DNA from: a virus
Taxonomy: Duplodnaviria > Caudoviricetes
Reading direction: 5' to 3' (one strand)
DNA length: 64,000 bases
Virus record (IMG/VR): IMGVR_UViG_3300015610_000633
Location: 9,700 to 73,699 of that record
Numbering within the stretch: position 1 is the stretch's first letter; every line of letters begins with the position of its first letter. Below the pieces are notes generated by a model, which searched no databases, was not told where the DNA came from, and saw only the letters and a list, made by a program, of their open reading frames with translations. Positions 20,901 to 28,582 of the stretch are shown here, piece by piece. The position numbers and the translations under genes are program-made.

Positions 20901-21676
20901 CGTATATCAAAGTTCGTGATCCATTCGTTATTATTATCAACCTGATATTCGATTACTTCCATTGATTCAATGTTGGGTATTGTATCGGGTTCGGTTGCCC
21001 ACCTTTCAACATTTCGAGAAATGAACCAATCGGGTATCACTCGGGTCATTGTTCGACGCGCTACAACGATCACCTGTTTGAATAGATCATATTCAGGGTT
21101 CGGGAACTTATAGCATTGCACCGATTCATAATGCATTGCGAGGGTTCTAACACTGGCAATCAATGCATAATAAGGCACAACGAAAAACAACAATGAATAC
21201 GGGTTCAACCATCGTGTGACATGTCGAAGAAACGCTTCTTCTGTTCTTCGGTACAATCGATCATGATCATAAGGGGGGTTCAACCAACATATGCCCAACC
21301 CCTTAGACCGATGCGAAGATATACTGCACAACAATGCATTAGCGTTCACCACAACACTCGTATCATACATTTTTCGTTCTTTGCTTAGTTCAACACCGAA
21401 TAGTTCGGCGCATTGTTTAGCTCTATCACCTTCAAGTTCGATTGCTCGGGTGAATACCCAGCCCTTACAGTTTTCGCTTATTTGATTTTCAACATGGGCT
21501 TGCAATGACTTGATCGCATGACCTTCACCCGCGCAAGGGTCGATTATTGTAACGGCGGGATATGACCATCGACTACCGGTGAATGATTCGGGCTTTAGCT
21601 TACTCGCCACCATATCAACCACTCGTGAAGGTGTTGCGAAGTATCCCGAAACCGCTTGTGATTCAAGTCGTGCCAT
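17966..21676 (-). CDS. Amino-methyltransferase-SNF2 helicase fusion (DarB/DUF6094-like)
   Basis: N-terminal IIDPCAGEG (SAM binding) and WLNPPYD; C-terminal GEIGCGKS, LDEGHE, LLMTGS, QANGRIDRIGQ. Confidence 0.85.
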   Translation of the reverse strand: MARLESQAVSGYFATPSRVVDMVASKLKPESFTGSRWSYPAVTIIDPCAGEGHAIKSLQAHVENQISENCKGWVFTRAIELEGDRAKQCAELFGVELSKERKMYDTSVVVNANALLCSISSHRSKGLGICWLNPPYDHDRLYRRTEEAFLRHVTRWLNPYSLLFFVVPYYALIASVRTLAMHYESVQCYKFPNPEYDLFKQVIVVARRTMTRVIPDWFISRNVERWATEPDTIPNIESMEVIEYQVDNNNEWITNFDIRKINEADVMLQHVPFHFTGKKGSAIAGRNTYPQKNIDSLLQQSYPLAASPKPAHVATAVAAGVFNGARIMPNTKGLPPLLVKGVFDKEFRTIKENADKSGTVTSLVQVQQPKLTVTVFDLENKVLRQLPQGVIVNEKLSSVSEMTVADLLYYYSRDMLRVMLEQCPVNYTPADASQYILPRTRRRLYTAQSHTVRALVKLFSDQSKETKATSAILLGEIGCGKSTVSLVVAKMLKAERVIVMCPPHLLQSWQNQYTEVFGRNNTKVLQSIQDIEEFSSMNGFALGILSREAAKLDHEKGSVSNICPSCGLPIERKDYARKREKCSNTVMLSQVGSDPHPWADSVVKLARCLNAAYSNDETIKMLLPQGVYRKRSSVDKYTVDENKTMIENHVRGLPALERLMVQMIESIQQVNNDIRELFIVNTLKLIAAVCDDFVDVLNRVNRIEKAMNKYESKQWVFSIVDLCNKACELKGVVVPEHLKSIEPECSLTLNNNIFVYRRQRSSEALLDVLKFLVSFCGLTRVKECGEPLYYSTPKPRRIALSTYIAKHAKHCFDFLILDEGHEYSADGSAQEKAAHRLVQLGKPTLLMTGSIMNGYAHSLFANLWYMSQRFRSEFEREDVERFVDRYGYRKQVVELGDGKKKSVEYGIQSDRVVTSARKVGVAPGVLPLLVIKHLLPIAVTLHKEDLQLDLPPSTQETIRVAMLPEQREAYERLLTALKAQISSDMFTERNGKLWGQMSELPSFLDRCVPDAGNTTGGEYVIRYPENMGGDIVASEPPMNRSLLPKEQWLIERVKAELCEGRKVIVYGYHVELLPRLKRVIEENIGEPVALLESRKVPPHERESWIETNVLKPGKRVLVLNPVGVKTGINNLVSFSTAIWFENPACNPEIMRQANGRIDRIGQTQPTRMLIPIYTGSLQEQLQSLLMAKVAVSLQTDGLSGESALEAAGASSEDVLNIGFDNIGKMLFELLQRDSAA

Positions 21677-21694
21677 GTTGTGTTCTTGTCTTTC

Positions 21695-21714
21695 ACGTCT
21701 AACCGGGTAGACGT
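21695..21714. repeat. Quasi-palindrome, copy 5
   Basis: ACGTCTAACCGGGTAGACGT. Confidence 0.95.
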
Positions 21715-21719
21715 CAACC

Positions 21720-21729
21720 ATTATGCAGC
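21720..21729 (-). promoter_or_regulatory. GCTGCATAAT motif followed by palindrome copy 5
   Basis: GCTGCATAATGGTTGACGTCTACCCGG. Confidence 0.6.
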
Positions 21730-21744
21730 GCAGTCCGCAACTTT

Positions 21745-22365
21745 CTAACGCTTCGCTACCATGTTGATTGAAGAAAGAACCTTAGCGGCTGCAAGATGCA
21801 ATGAACCAATGGTTGAATCATTCACTATGATGTAATCACCTTTGATTCGAACCATCTCGGTTTCGCTTTGGTGTGTGTCGTTACTGACTAGCGAAGGGCG
21901 GGTTACTTGAACAATGTAACCACCCGACTCGCGTATAGCTTGCGCCTCATTCAAGAACCTACAATCACCGATTACAACGCCTTCAACCGGGTACATTTCT
22001 GAACCCATAGTTGACCGCCCCGTTATTCGATTATATTTCAGGTTTCGGGACAATATTTCGTTTGCGTAATCAACCGTATAGTTAGCCCATAGGTTTTTGT
22101 TGAACTGATTACGCATGCCTTCGGTACCAAGTTTTTGCAACACTTCGCGTATCGTCGCGTTGAAGTAAGGTACTTTCAAGTTACGGTTCTCACTATCACC
22201 CCACAACGTTTCTTCACAGAACACACCGGGGAACCCCCACAACAACATTCTTTTCAAAGGGTCAGCGAAGTTCATTACTTCGCAGTTCATTTGTTTGAAG
22301 GCTTGGCACAATGTTGATTTACCCGAACCCGCTTTACCTGTTACACCGATGATTGCACGCTTCAT
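21745..22365 (-). CDS. Deoxynucleoside monophosphate kinase
   Basis: GVTGKAGSGKST, FADPLK, REVLQKLGTE, DCRFLNE as in phage dNMP kinases. Confidence 0.88.
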   Translation of the reverse strand: MKRAIIGVTGKAGSGKSTLCQAFKQMNCEVMNFADPLKRMLLWGFPGVFCEETLWGDSENRNLKVPYFNATIREVLQKLGTEGMRNQFNKNLWANYTVDYANEILSRNLKYNRITGRSTMGSEMYPVEGVVIGDCRFLNEAQAIRESGGYIVQVTRPSLVSNDTHQSETEMVRIKGDYIIVNDSTIGSLHLAAAKVLSSINMVAKR

Positions 22366-23195
22366 TTTGAGATCTCCGTTTGATTTACTACCCGAGCAAC
22401 TACTGCTTCGAATGCTTCCTGATTACTGCGACATTGCAGACATTCAACAAAACCCAATGCTTCGTTGTCACTTGTAAACACCGGGCCATTTTCGCCGAAT
22501 GTCTCGCGTTGATATTTATTAGCCGACGAATATCTAACAATGCCAGCTTTCAAACATTCCAAGAACAACCGAACTTGAAACCGAAGTGAAGGCAATATTG
22601 GAACACGCGACCGACGATCGGCATATAGGCAAAATGTGGTTGCACAATACACCAATGAGTTGGCTCGCTCATGCCATTTACGTTCATTGTAATCGGCGTT
22701 TTGCCAATATGTTTCCAATATCGTTTTGCACCATTCGCCAATATACGGATCAACTTTAGCTATTATTTCATTTTGATTATCACACCAATGCCTAACCACG
22801 GGTGCAACGAACTTGATTTCATCGGGGTCAATCAAACCGGGATCTTGTTCAATCAAATCATTGTTGAATATTTGCACTGTTGAGCCTTCGGGCATGTGTT
22901 GCCAATAAAAAGACCACTTAGTTTTCTTGGTAAGTTCAAGCGTCGGATAAGGGTTAGTATGTGCCCTTCGATTGATCGGACGATCAATCAACCAAAGTTT
23001 TCGGCCTGTCTTCATATTTGCCACAATAGCCCGAAGTGATGATTCGTCGCCGAGCAATACAGCGTATGTCGGGTTCATTATCTTGTCATCGCTCTTATAG
23101 CCTTCAAGCATTGACGAAACAACCGAGCCAACAAGGCGGGCTTCGAAAGCCCGACCCTTTGAACCCGCTCGCTCAACTCTAACCCGTTCACTCAT
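22362..23195 (-). CDS. Hypothetical protein
   Basis: 277-aa ORF from ATG 23195, coupled to the kinase gene. Confidence 0.7.
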   Translation of the reverse strand: MSERVRVERAGSKGRAFEARLVGSVVSSMLEGYKSDDKIMNPTYAVLLGDESSLRAIVANMKTGRKLWLIDRPINRRAHTNPYPTLELTKKTKWSFYWQHMPEGSTVQIFNNDLIEQDPGLIDPDEIKFVAPVVRHWCDNQNEIIAKVDPYIGEWCKTILETYWQNADYNERKWHERANSLVYCATTFCLYADRRSRVPILPSLRFQVRLFLECLKAGIVRYSSANKYQRETFGENGPVFTSDNEALGFVECLQCRSNQEAFEAVVARVVNQTEISK

Positions 23196-23202
23196 GCCCA
23201 CC

Positions 23203-23212
23203 ATAATGCAGC
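23203..23212 (-). promoter_or_regulatory. GCTGCATTAT motif 7 nt upstream of ATG 23195
   Basis: GCTGCATTAT-GGTGGGC-ATG. Confidence 0.55.
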
Positions 23213-23251
23213 ATACTTCGAAACCGTAACAAGAAATCGGATCAAAAAATC

Positions 23252-23271
23252 ACGTCTACCCGGTTAGACGT
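23252..23271. repeat. Quasi-palindrome, copy 6 (putative origin region)
   Basis: ACGTCTACCCGGTTAGACGT. Confidence 0.95.
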
Positions 23272-23570
23272 CGGGGCGGGGGGTTGGGGGGTTGGGGCAC
23301 CCTGCTTCGGCGTTCCGCCGTTGTTGGCCATGGTTGATTCACGAAAACATCGGGGTTCGTTTTTCCCTTCTCCCCCTGCACCCCCTTATCCCTTTTCAAG
23401 ATTTCACTTCGTGAAATCTTAAGTTTTTGATCTCTTTGATCTTTTTTGATCTTCGGATCTATATGGATCTTAGATCTTATTATTAAGATCAAAAGACTAA
23501 CCGCGCGCATACATACACGCGTGCGCGTACACATACGCGAGAGAAACACAGCGACATATTTTTGAACTAC

Positions 23571-23580
23571 GCCGCATAAT
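23571..23580 (+). promoter_or_regulatory. GCCGCATAAT motif upstream of the only plus-strand gene
   Basis: Motif orientation flips with gene orientation. Confidence 0.6.
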
Positions 23581-24261
23581 ATGAATATGTTCGCTCACGA
23601 GATCTCACCCGACTTCAACTCAAAACGGTTCACAATCAAAGACTACTTGACGGTTACGGCTGACAAAAAGCTAGGATATGCCCTAATCTTGGGCAGCAAA
23701 GATCCTAACACTGAGCTAGGCCGGTTTGAAAAGATAGCCGTTGATCAACGTCGCCCCCCTGCAATGGAGTTGCAGCCATGGCGAGACAAAAGCAATCGTT
23801 CACGGTGGTCAATACGAATGGCTCAATATAGGCAATATGCGCTTGAGAGCGGAACCGTGAAGGTTGGGTTGATAGCTCCTGATCTCAAGTGGGTAGACTC
23901 AGATAATGATCAACTTCTTGTGCGAATCAACACACACATGAAGGGCAACCCTTCGGAACTGGCAAGGGAAGGAACGATCGACATTCTAACCCCTTCACTT
24001 GCCATTAGAGTCGCCGATCCCGCATGGCATCAGTTCGGTGCCCATAAAGCACAAGATTGGCTTCTACGTCTCAAGCCAGGGGCCATAGTTTCTATTCATT
24101 GCGATCACGTCGGTATTAGACCTGTGTACGTGGTCTATATCGATGATGAACTAAAGTTGAACCCCCACATGTTGCCCGAACCATCACCACCCCCTTCACG
24201 CATTCATTGGTTAGATACTAACCCGATCAATGCCACATGCACCACCTTCGCAGGTTTCTAG
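23581..24261 (+). CDS. Hypothetical protein, only plus-strand gene (would end at TTA 24211-24213 if TTA is a stop)
   Basis: Long ORF with no opposing gene over most of its length; GCCGCATAAT motif immediately upstream. Confidence 0.7.
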   Translation: MNMFAHEISPDFNSKRFTIKDYLTVTADKKLGYALILGSKDPNTELGRFEKIAVDQRRPPAMELQPWRDKSNRSRWSIRMAQYRQYALESGTVKVGLIAPDLKWVDSDNDQLLVRINTHMKGNPSELAREGTIDILTPSLAIRVADPAWHQFGAHKAQDWLLRLKPGAIVSIHCDHVGIRPVYVVYIDDELKLNPHMLPEPSPPPSRIHWLDTNPINATCTTFAGF

Positions 24262-26154
24262 TTCAAGTTCAGTATGGTGTTCGTCTAGCGCTCGATTCTC
24301 ATCGATCTTCGATGCCATTTGCAAATATGTATCAGAATCAATCACTTCAAGCGGCGCCTGCTGATACATGTTTTCTTTGCGCAAGAACGAACACGACTTC
24401 ATTTCACGAACATGTTTCTTCAACATATTCGCTAGTTGTTCTTCTTCACCGTCCCCATATTCCACGGTTATGCTTGTTGCATTATCCACCCAAGATCTTT
24501 GTACCGCTAGTTGACGGTTTATTTGATCTTCAACGGTTTCGAGCGATGACACTTTAGCGTGACTAGCTATGCGGCAACGAATCGGGAACGAGAACACAAC
24601 CCGACCATTAGGTGAATACACATCGGGTTCACAATGAACACCCGCGCTCTTCAACACTTCAATCATGGGATCACCCACATTGAACCGAATGCGCCGAATG
24701 ATGTATTCACCTTTGGGTGAATGAATACCAGGGTTTGAACCGGTTAGCAGACTGATAGAACCCGAAGGCTTGACGGTTGTAACGGTGATCGGGTGTGCAA
24801 CACCGAGTTCATCGGCATATGAATCGGCTTCTTCTCTCGCTGCGCGGTAGTAACTTCGAAGAAGCTGTTCATTCCATTCAAAGTCACACAAGCCACCCAT
24901 ACCCAAACCGACACGCATATTCATTCGGCGGGTTTCGTCTGAAGTCTTATCGGGCAAAGGTGCCAATCGTTGACGCAAGCAATAACGAATCATCAACCTA
25001 ATCACTTCAGTACCAACCACAATATCACGCCAGTTACCGGGGAACACTTCGGCAAGGTTGCAAGCTTCACGATGGTGAAGCAGTTGTTCACCGCATGGGT
25101 TTACTGCAACCACACCGGGATCGTTTTGACGCCCTCGCCAAAGGTTCAGAAAACCAGGATCGCCAAAATCTCGATTGTCTTCAACCAGACTAAGCCAATC
25201 AAAATCATCAAACTGGTTTTCATCGGTGAACATAATCGAGTTATTCGACGCCCAACGATGCGACTCAACAGCAGCGCGATCTTGTTTGGCTTTTCTGAAA
25301 TAACTGTCATTAGGATCACCGAGTACAATGATCGCGGAACGTCGCACATTGCCCGATTGAACACATACGCCGATCCAATCAATAACATCAGTCCACTCGA
25401 CCGATCGAAGTTGTCGACCCCTTGCGCCTCTAACAATGTTCCAAACGTTCACCAACAACTGGCACAATGACACAGGCCCCGAAGCAATACCCCCAAACGT
25501 TTTCAACGTTGCGCCGAATGGTCGAACTTTGGAAACATCAACGATGATTGAACTACCCAAGAACGCGCTCATTACAACTTCGCGAAAGCATTCAACCCAA
25601 CCTTCGCGTGAATCTTTGACTTGAATGACCCGACACTCAGAACGAGCGCCGCCAAGTTCGTTCAAACCCGATCCATATTTCATAACCTTAGAATAATCGG
25701 CATGATTAGGATCACATGTGATCGTAAGGTTACAAGGTGTCATTCTAACCGCGTTGATCTTATCAATCGGAGCAAGGGAAACACCAACACCGCCCCCAAG
25801 CATAAGTTGAGTCATAGCCCAACAAAGATCATCAACCGAACGCAGTTCACACGCCCAACAGTTGTAACGCGCACCGACTGGCATATTAGGAACGCCACCC
25901 GTCCACAACCCGCGACCCGGTGGTAGCGCGTAACCTTTCCACATTACATCAAACAACTTTTCAGCTTCTTGAAGGGAAACACCACCGCACTCGTTTACAT
26001 TCCCTTCAACCGTACGCTTGATGGTATCAGTCCACGATTCACCATCGCGGCTGTAATGACCTTTGAAGACTATTCGAGACAACAAACCGGGGAAGTTGTC
26101 TTTCTTTGCGTAATAGGGGGCCAAGAACTGTTTTGACAGAGCGATCGCAGTCAT
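24211..26154 (-). CDS. nrdJ: Class II (B12-dependent) ribonucleotide reductase, monomeric type
   Basis: PPGRGLW, YNCW, NPCGEQ, TTVKPSGSISL, C-terminal CEGGAC; start MTAIALSK at 26154. Confidence 0.92.
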   Translation of the reverse strand: MTAIALSKQFLAPYYAKKDNFPGLLSRIVFKGHYSRDGESWTDTIKRTVEGNVNECGGVSLQEAEKLFDVMWKGYALPPGRGLWTGGVPNMPVGARYNCWACELRSVDDLCWAMTQLMLGGGVGVSLAPIDKINAVRMTPCNLTITCDPNHADYSKVMKYGSGLNELGGARSECRVIQVKDSREGWVECFREVVMSAFLGSSIIVDVSKVRPFGATLKTFGGIASGPVSLCQLLVNVWNIVRGARGRQLRSVEWTDVIDWIGVCVQSGNVRRSAIIVLGDPNDSYFRKAKQDRAAVESHRWASNNSIMFTDENQFDDFDWLSLVEDNRDFGDPGFLNLWRGRQNDPGVVAVNPCGEQLLHHREACNLAEVFPGNWRDIVVGTEVIRLMIRYCLRQRLAPLPDKTSDETRRMNMRVGLGMGGLCDFEWNEQLLRSYYRAAREEADSYADELGVAHPITVTTVKPSGSISLLTGSNPGIHSPKGEYIIRRIRFNVGDPMIEVLKSAGVHCEPDVYSPNGRVVFSFPIRCRIASHAKVSSLETVEDQINRQLAVQRSWVDNATSITVEYGDGEEEQLANMLKKHVREMKSCSFLRKENMYQQAPLEVIDSDTYLQMASKIDENRALDEHHTELELETCEGGACGIDRVSI

Positions 26155-26190
26155 GATTTTTCTCCTGAACACACGGTGTGAACCGCTGCA

Positions 26191-26200
26191 ATAATGCAGC
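26191..26200 (-). promoter_or_regulatory. GCTGCATTAT motif upstream of nrdJ
   Basis: 9 nt downstream of palindrome copy 7. Confidence 0.55.
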
Positions 26201-26209
26201 GAACTACAC

Positions 26210-26229
26210 ACGTCTAACCGGGTAGACGT
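26210..26229. repeat. Quasi-palindrome, copy 7
   Basis: ACGTCTAACCGGGTAGACGT. Confidence 0.95.
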
Positions 26230-26234
26230 CACTG

Positions 26235-26969
26235 TTAGGGCATCAAAATATATGGTTCGGGGTTCGTAGTATCTTCAACACCTTCATTGAAATCATCGGG
26301 TACTATAGCGCTAGTTTCAAGGTCAACATCGGCAAGGGAAACATAACCCACAACGTGCTTGTTTCCTATCATGAGCCGGTTACCTTCCATGTGAACCGTT
26401 CTGTGTTTCCTAATACCTTGCGCTTGTCCCTTCGCGCTCACTTGCCCGTAATCATAGGAAGTCAGTTCCCCTTTATTGAAATCAATGTCTTCAAATATAG
26501 CAACATGTGGATCACAACACGTCATAAACGGATCACCAACATCAAACCACGAACCCCCTTCGTACACCGAGCGACTATCAAACACATGCCAAGACTTGTG
26601 TTGTTGTGGTCTAAGAATGTTCTGTTGTGGTTCCCATGGGTGCACCCCGCCATCCATGTTCCTATTGATTAGGTGTTCATCGCGAACACCGAGAAAAACC
26701 AGCACAGTGTGAACCAAGTCACCACACGAAAAATAAGGGAACTTCACCTTCCCTTGCGCATACAACTTGTTGTGTGAAGACTGCCTCCCCTCCGTTACGT
26801 ATTCAAAAATCGGATCACCCACAACCCAACCTTGATCACCATTGCAGAAATAGGAAGCGATCGCGATCGATGCCCTCCTAACCATTGCAAGATCTCTTTG
26901 TCCGTTTGAGTCTACAAGGTGAACGCGCTTCATTCTGACAAGGTTTGTCCCTTGTCTGTTTTCAGTCAA
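26235..26969 (-). CDS. Hypothetical protein (possible papain/CHAP-like cysteine hydrolase)
   Basis: SCGDLVH and HVAIF motifs loosely resemble a Cys-His catalytic pair. Confidence 0.5.
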   Translation of the reverse strand: MTENRQGTNLVRMKRVHLVDSNGQRDLAMVRRASIAIASYFCNGDQGWVVGDPIFEYVTEGRQSSHNKLYAQGKVKFPYFSCGDLVHTVLVFLGVRDEHLINRNMDGGVHPWEPQQNILRPQQHKSWHVFDSRSVYEGGSWFDVGDPFMTCCDPHVAIFEDIDFNKGELTSYDYGQVSAKGQAQGIRKHRTVHMEGNRLMIGNKHVVGYVSLADVDLETSAIVPDDFNEGVEDTTNPEPYILMP

Positions 26970-26972
26970 CTT

Positions 26973-28565
26973 TCACTCAATCGACCAATCAACAAGGTAT
27001 GCGATCGCGGTGTTAGGTGTGGGTGCGACTGAAGTACCAAAGATTGTGTCAACCTCAAGATCACAATAACCGGGAACTTCGATCGTAGTCCATACCAACA
27101 ACGTGTACCCTGTACCACTCTTCAAAAATGTTGAATCGGCACTAAAGTGAAGATTCTCTTGAATCGCGGTTGTTGTGGTTGGGTACAATGCCATCGCGTT
27201 ATTCACCTTGTTCATCAATGGTACTTCATCATCTGAACCCGGTGTGTATGTGTAGCTTAGAGCTACTCGAATGCGTGCCTTCTTGGCATTGGGGGGAATG
27301 ATCTGCCTAGTAGGGAATCGCGCAAGGGAAGCGGTATGTGTACCCGCTGAAACGTTGGGATTGCTTGCCGATTGAGGGGATATCCAAAACTTCCCTTTGC
27401 TTCCCAAAGTACCCCGAACAGTACCACCCGCATCAACCCAACCCGCGGTGACACAGAAAAGTTCAGTAGTTTGAACAGTCCCTACCAAACCCGAAGCGGT
27501 AGGGAGTGACATGGTGTAAGTAGTAGTTCCAAACGTTCCGCTAATCTTGTTCGTGATAATAGGAATCCCTTCACGTTGCGGTTTACGAGGGGAAGTGGTT
27601 GCATCGGAGTATTTAGCCCATCGAGGAAGGCCAAAGGGAAACGCAAGGTACATAAACCAGAACTGGCTTGCCGATGGTGTCCACGTCGGATCATAGTTCG
27701 CTGTGTCCTGAACATCGATCATCAATGGGGAACTTGCGACCGCTGTACCATCCCCCCAACGTACCCTTTGAGTACGATAACTCACATCAATGATCGGTTT
27801 GATCTTGTGTTGATCCGTTAGGTCATAAGCAAGATAAACTTCGTGGTACTTGGGTGTGTTTTCGCTGACTTCTGTTATGTCGTTAGCCCTTGCACCCACC
27901 AACGGCCTAACGTCGAAAATGTCAACGCCGTCAAAATCCGTTGTACCATCGGGAACCACCAACACAGCGATCGGCATCCACCCATCAACAAGGCCAGGCC
28001 AGGCTGAAGAAGCTGAACCGGTGCGAATGCGGTATTCAAGCTTCTTACCGGTAACTTTGACAAGGGAAGCGACAGTGAACAACCCCGTTCCAGGATCATA
28101 CACATCACGGGAACTTGTTTCGTAATCGTAGTTGATCACCTTACATTCAACAATGTCAACCCGACCTGTACCCGATGAGTTAGGGGTTAGGGTAAGAGTA
28201 CCCGTTGATTGTACCCCTTCATCATCAACCATAACGACGTTGTAATCGTCCGCCCCCACATCGGCGGTTAGTTGTACCTGCAACACCTGACCGGCTGTAA
28301 TAAGGGCATCGGTGGTGCCGTTGATTGGGTAGAAGTGAAGACCATGAAGAACAACCCCGCGAATCGGCCGATCTGATTCTAGCGGATCGGGGTATGATTC
28401 ATTCATTGAATAATAGGGTGTACCCGTGCTTGGGTAGTAAGACAGCAACAACGAACGAGCGAACATAGCAAGCTCATGGCTTGAGAACGCTTGACCCCTG
28501 TTGAAGTCGGTTGAAAGTGCCCGCTCTCGGGTGTTGAACTTCAGTGATTTCGTTGTACTTGACAT
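26973..28565 (-). CDS. Baseplate-associated tail fibre / wedge protein
   Basis: 530 aa, beta-rich, directly downstream of baseplate genes. Confidence 0.65.
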   Translation of the reverse strand: MSSTTKSLKFNTRERALSTDFNRGQAFSSHELAMFARSLLLSYYPSTGTPYYSMNESYPDPLESDRPIRGVVLHGLHFYPINGTTDALITAGQVLQVQLTADVGADDYNVVMVDDEGVQSTGTLTLTPNSSGTGRVDIVECKVINYDYETSSRDVYDPGTGLFTVASLVKVTGKKLEYRIRTGSASSAWPGLVDGWMPIAVLVVPDGTTDFDGVDIFDVRPLVGARANDITEVSENTPKYHEVYLAYDLTDQHKIKPIIDVSYRTQRVRWGDGTAVASSPLMIDVQDTANYDPTWTPSASQFWFMYLAFPFGLPRWAKYSDATTSPRKPQREGIPIITNKISGTFGTTTYTMSLPTASGLVGTVQTTELFCVTAGWVDAGGTVRGTLGSKGKFWISPQSASNPNVSAGTHTASLARFPTRQIIPPNAKKARIRVALSYTYTPGSDDEVPLMNKVNNAMALYPTTTTAIQENLHFSADSTFLKSGTGYTLLVWTTIEVPGYCDLEVDTIFGTSVAPTPNTAIAYLVDWSIE

Positions 28566-28582
28566 TGTTCAGTTCTCACTAA

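Larger units (their letters stand above)
23252..23580. other. Putative replication origin / divergent control region
   Basis: Non-coding region holding a palindrome copy, a G-run tract, a 10-bp inverted repeat, 7 GATC in 62 bp within an AT-rich stretch, and an alternating purine-pyrimidine tract. Confidence 0.55.

Noticed and set aside
23256-23549. 97-aa minus-strand ORF resembling a replication-protein linker (KRDKGVQGEKG)
   Set aside because: It spans the repeat-rich origin-like DNA, has no convincing start or upstream extension (TGA at 23595-23597), and contains an early in-frame TTA
5888-26154. Inteins or group I introns in polB, dnaB, recA or nrdJ
   Set aside because: Motif spacing is continuous and no homing-endonuclease or splice motifs were seen
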